Assembly: GCA_964452815.1 (NCBI GenBank)
Contig: CAYVNI010000286.1
Coordinates: 1 to 42,325, forward strand
DNA from: an uncultured Sulfurovum sp.
GTDB taxonomy: Bacteria; Campylobacterota; Campylobacteria; Campylobacterales; Sulfurovaceae
Reading direction: 5' to 3'
DNA: 42,325 nucleotides
The notes below the pieces were generated by a model, which worked only from the letters and a program-made list of their open reading frames with translations, made no database searches and was not told the origin of the DNA. The position numbers were made by a program, and so were the translations under genes. Shown piece by piece: positions 38,643-42,325 of this stretch (its first letter is position 1; each line of letters opens with the position of its first letter).

Positions 38643-39167
38643 TTATTTTGTTAATTCTATAATTAACTCCTCTAGCTTCTCTTGGGGGACAAATCCAGGA
38701 ATCATATCTTGAACTTCACCATATTTATCAAGTGCGATTAGAAAAGGAATTTGACCACTCCATCCAGCTCTTTGTGCAATATATCCGATAAATTCATCAT
38801 TATCTTTTCCTGGAACAAGAGAGTAGTTAATACCCTTTTTCGCTTTAAATGTTGTTAAGTTTTCCATACTGTATCGTTGTGCTTCAAGGGCGACAATAGC
38901 AAATTTATTTTTATATTTCTCTATAAGTTCAATAAACTCTGGTATCTCTGCATTACAAGGAGGACACATATGCCCAAAAAGGACTAAAAACACAGCTTTA
39001 CCTTGATGCTCTTGAAAGTTTAGTCCACTATCGGTATGTGATACATGAATCTGTTGTCCATCAGTATCTGTTAGTGTAAAAGCTTCAAGAGATGCGTCTG
39101 GTAGTACATCGGCAGAAGCCAATGTAAATCCAAGTGTTAATAAAATAGATAATAAAATTTTTTTCAT
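38643..39167 (-). CDS. TlpA-family thiol-disulfide oxidoreductase (periplasmic)
   Basis: Signal peptide ending ASA; GKAVFLVLFGHMCPPCNAEIP; GQIP cis-Pro loop. Confidence 0.87.
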   Translation of the reverse strand: MKKILLSILLTLGFTLASADVLPDASLEAFTLTDTDGQQIHVSHTDSGLNFQEHQGKAVFLVLFGHMCPPCNAEIPEFIELIEKYKNKFAIVALEAQRYSMENLTTFKAKKGINYSLVPGKDNDEFIGYIAQRAGWSGQIPFLIALDKYGEVQDMIPGFVPQEKLEELIIELTK

Positions 39168-39251
39168 GTTAAATCCTTAATGTCTTGGTTAGTATCTTGT
39201 TATTATATCAAACTAATTATGTATTTATTGTGTAATGCACTATAAAAGTTT

Positions 39252-40772
39252 TTAACGATTACCTTTATCTCTATTTCCCCCACCATTTCGGCTGTCTCGG
39301 CTTCCACCACCTCTTCTCTCTCCACCACTACTACGTCTACGATTTCCACCACCGCTTCCACCATTTCCACTTCGGCTATTACGACTTCTGCTTCGACTAC
39401 GTCCTCGACCACGACTACCACCATTACGGTCACCACCTTTAAAGTTTTTGGCTCTTTCGATTAGTGCTTTAACCTCTTCTGTACCAAGACCAATAATATC
39501 TTTACCTTTAACATCTATCTCCTCTTGGACAATGGTTGCCAAAAGATGAGCAATGGTCACTATATCTATATCATGTTGAAGTATTTTCACCATCTCTTTA
39601 GCAGATGAAGAGACTTCTGTATTGGCAATTTTTGATAATAGGTCATCATCTTTACGGGTTTGAACCTCTTGACGAGTTGGAATAACTTCTGAAATCATAA
39701 CAGTTCCCACATCTTTTTCGATTCTTTTAATGGTTCTAAGCTCATTAGGAGAGACCAAAGTAATCGCTTCCCCTTTATTTCCTGCTCTTCCAGTTCGACC
39801 AATTCTATGGACATAAGATTCAGAATCAAAAGGGATATGGTAGTTAAATACATGAGAGACATCATTAACATCAAGACCTCTTGCTGCCACATCGGTTGCG
39901 ATGAAAATCTCTACTAAACCTTGTTTAAATGAACGGATAGTATGCTCCCGTTGCTTCTGTTCCATATCACCATGAAGTGCTGCTACTTTGAACCCTTGTG
40001 CTGTCATATAAGAGGAGAGTCTATCTACCTCTTTTTTCATTCTACAGAAGATTATACATTTGTTTGGGTTTTTATAGTCAATGAGTCTAAGAAGTGCGTC
40101 ATCTCTCTCATAGTCTGCAACCACATAGAACATCTGAGTAATATCGGTATTGGTTCTCTCTTTTTTAGTGATGGTGACTGATTTTGGACTATTTAAAATC
40201 TGCTCTGCTAGAATCTTAATCTGTTTAGGCATGGTGGCAGAGAACATAAGTGTTTGACGCTTTTCTGGTAAATAGGTAAAGATATTTTTAATCTCGTCTA
40301 AAAATCCCATATCAAGCATCTCATCAGCCTCATCCAAAACAACAAATGATGGGTTGATTTTAATTTTTTTAGATTTTAATAAATCTTGAAGTCGTCCAGG
40401 GGTTGCCACAATAATATTGGCTTGGTTGATTCTATCAATTTGTCTGTTGTAAGGCGTTCCTCCATAGACGGTAGCAGTTTTAAGTCCACCTGTTTTACCA
40501 AAACGGAAAAGTTCATCAGAAACCTGCATAGCAAGTTCACGAGTAGGGACAATAACCAGTGCTTCTACTCCTTTGTTTCCGCTCATTTGTTGAATAACAG
40601 GAAGTCCAAATGCTGCTGTTTTACCTGTTCCTGTTTGTGCTTGACCGATAAGGTCATGCCCCTCTAAAATAAGAGGAATAGCATCAGCTTGAACAGGGCT
40701 TGGTTCTTTAAATCCAGCATCTTCAATGGCTTGATTTAGGGTATCTTTAAAGTTGAATTCTTTGAATGTCAT
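39252..40772 (-). CDS. DEAD-box ATP-dependent RNA helicase
   Basis: Q motif GFKEPSPVQ, AQTGTGKT, PTRELA, TPGRL, LDEADEM, SAT, ATDVAARGLD, HRIGRTGRAG; RG/RS-rich tail. Confidence 0.97.
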   Translation of the reverse strand: MTFKEFNFKDTLNQAIEDAGFKEPSPVQADAIPLILEGHDLIGQAQTGTGKTAAFGLPVIQQMSGNKGVEALVIVPTRELAMQVSDELFRFGKTGGLKTATVYGGTPYNRQIDRINQANIIVATPGRLQDLLKSKKIKINPSFVVLDEADEMLDMGFLDEIKNIFTYLPEKRQTLMFSATMPKQIKILAEQILNSPKSVTITKKERTNTDITQMFYVVADYERDDALLRLIDYKNPNKCIIFCRMKKEVDRLSSYMTAQGFKVAALHGDMEQKQREHTIRSFKQGLVEIFIATDVAARGLDVNDVSHVFNYHIPFDSESYVHRIGRTGRAGNKGEAITLVSPNELRTIKRIEKDVGTVMISEVIPTRQEVQTRKDDDLLSKIANTEVSSSAKEMVKILQHDIDIVTIAHLLATIVQEEIDVKGKDIIGLGTEEVKALIERAKNFKGGDRNGGSRGRGRSRSRSRNSRSGNGGSGGGNRRRSSGGERRGGGSRDSRNGGGNRDKGNR

Positions 40773-40802
40773 GGGGTTACTTCTTTATAGTAAATTTTTG
40801 AT

Positions 40803-40840
40803 CGTATTTTTTAACACATATTTTTAACACGTATTTTTTA
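40803..40840. repeat. Imperfect 13-14-bp tandem repeat in the DEAD-box helicase leader
   Basis: CGTATTTTTTAACAC ATATTTTTAACAC GTATTTTTTA. Confidence 0.7.
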
Positions 40841-41049
40841 GGGTACTCTGTTGTTCATATTCAAAATAAAATAGATTTAATGATATTTATTTTTGTTATG
40901 GTGTCCTTCGACCCAATTTTTGCAGCTGATACCAAATTAATTACACGTTTAAGGTGAATATTTGTTATGCTTAGTGGTAGGGGTTTTAATTTTTATGTTA
41001 AAAAACCCTAAAATAAGAGATTTGATATACTCTTGCAGAAATTTTGCGA

Positions 41050-41095
41050 ATTATATCTAAATAACATTAATAAAGCCAGTTATCTTAGATATAAT
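41050..41095. promoter_or_regulatory. Back-to-back divergent -10 elements forming an inverted repeat
   Basis: ATTATATCTAA (41050-41060) and TTAGATATAAT (41085-41095) are exact reverse complements, each containing TATAAT. Confidence 0.55.
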
Positions 41096-41131
41096 CAAGT
41101 TTTGAAAAATAGAATATATAGGAATAAAAAT

Positions 41132-42304
41132 ATGAAAAAAAGTATGGTATTAATTTTGTTATTGAGTTTTAATGGTTGTAATAGCAGTGAAGCACAGGCA
41201 AATGGGAACACACTTCTCTCTCCATCAGGACAAGAAGTTGTTTTAGAAGATTATCAGGTTATACCTCAAAAGAGCTTAGAAGAAAAAATAGGAACAATGC
41301 TTATGGTTGGCTTTATGGGAACCTCTGCCCCCGTGAATAGTCAAATCTGTCAAGATATTAGAGAGTATAATTTAGGAGGAGTTATTTTATTTGATGTGAA
41401 TCCCCTAAATAAAAAGAAACCTAAGAACTTCTACTCAAAAGAGCAGGTGCGTAATTTGACATCTCAATTACAGTCATGCTCTAGAGATGGGAAACTACTA
41501 ATTGCTGTTGACCAAGAGGGTGGACGTGTACAGAGGCTTAAACGTAAATATGGTTTCTATGGTAAATTTCCAAGAGCTACAGATGTGAGTAAAATGAATG
41601 ATATTAATATAAGAAACCACTATACCAATATGGCACGAGAGCTTCGCTCCGTAGGAATTAATTATAATCTGGCACCCGATGTAGACTTGGCAATTAATAA
41701 AAGAAATAAAGTTATCTATAAATTGGGTCGTTCTTTTGGTGCTAATCCACAAGCCGTTGCCAAATATAGCACAATTTTTATCAATGCAATGCGTTCAGAA
41801 GGGGTGATTACTTCTGTTAAACATTTTCCAGGACATGGCTCTTCATTGGGGGACACGCATAAGGGTTTTGTAGATGTAACCAAGCTTTGGAAATGGAAAG
41901 AGTTAGAACCATACAAAATTTTAACCAATCAAGGCTCTATTGATACCGTTATGGTAGCACACGTTTTTAATAAAAAATTAGACAGACAATATCCTGCAAC
42001 CCTCTCAAGTAAGACAGTAAATGGACTACTTAGAAAAAAGTTTGGATTTGATGGAGTTGTTATTACCGATGATTTACAGATGGGGGCAATAAACAAAAAA
42101 TATGGTTTAAGAAATACATTAAAATTGGCAATACGAGCAGGAGATGATATCTTACTTTTTGGTAATCAACTGTCACAAAAGAGTATGGTAAGTACAAAAA
42201 AACTGGTCAATACAATTAAAAGTTTAATAAAAAATAGGGAGATTAGTATAGCAAGTATTGATAAGTCTAATGAGCGTATAGAGATGTTAAAACAAAGTAT
42301 TTAA
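41132..42304 (+). CDS. GH3 beta-N-acetylhexosaminidase (NagZ-like), lipoprotein
   Basis: Lipobox FNG-C after ATG 41132; IAVDQEGGRVQRL, NLAPDVD, KHFPGHG, DTH, ITDDLQM. Confidence 0.9.
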   Translation: MKKSMVLILLLSFNGCNSSEAQANGNTLLSPSGQEVVLEDYQVIPQKSLEEKIGTMLMVGFMGTSAPVNSQICQDIREYNLGGVILFDVNPLNKKKPKNFYSKEQVRNLTSQLQSCSRDGKLLIAVDQEGGRVQRLKRKYGFYGKFPRATDVSKMNDINIRNHYTNMARELRSVGINYNLAPDVDLAINKRNKVIYKLGRSFGANPQAVAKYSTIFINAMRSEGVITSVKHFPGHGSSLGDTHKGFVDVTKLWKWKELEPYKILTNQGSIDTVMVAHVFNKKLDRQYPATLSSKTVNGLLRKKFGFDGVVITDDLQMGAINKKYGLRNTLKLAIRAGDDILLFGNQLSQKSMVSTKKLVNTIKSLIKNREISIASIDKSNERIEMLKQSI

Positions 42305-42325
42305 ATATTTTATAGTATACTCTAT

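Noticed and set aside
39203-39436. 77-aa Val/Glu-rich ORF
   Set aside because: Alternate-frame reading of the helicase's Gly/Arg tail.

Overview
A 42.3-kb, AT-rich, gene-dense chromosomal window from a Campylobacterota (epsilon-proteobacterial) genome. It looks Sulfurovum-like from gene order (uvrC/DUF721/guaA, tlyA-ribF, secA-lolE-like, ilvC...dprA) and kinase motifs; that assignment is inference. Most of it is housekeeping: lon (partial), mltB, uvrC, nadB, nhaD, guaA, ribF, tlyA, ilvC, dprA, secA, a DEAD-box helicase, a GH3/NagZ-like enzyme and two TlpA thioredoxins. I saw no rRNA, tRNA, CRISPR array or transposase. Most interesting: (1) an operon of two class-I ppk2 genes followed by a gene missing from the ORF track, encoding a ~117-aa, 53%-lysine protein that is interrupted at an in-phase A_AAA_AAG slippery heptamer, a candidate polyphosphate-binding or granule scaffold; (2) a three-gene islet (Fic + ABC/AAA ATPase with an extra N-terminal domain + PD-(D/E)XK-like nuclease) inside the nfeD/SPFH-tlyA-ribF run, a candidate defence system; (3) a PAS / pseudo-Hpt+Hpt / NIT hybrid kinase / single-domain receiver phosphorelay; (4) an uncalled 37-aa LptM/YifL-like lipoprotein; (5) several structured or repeated leader regions.
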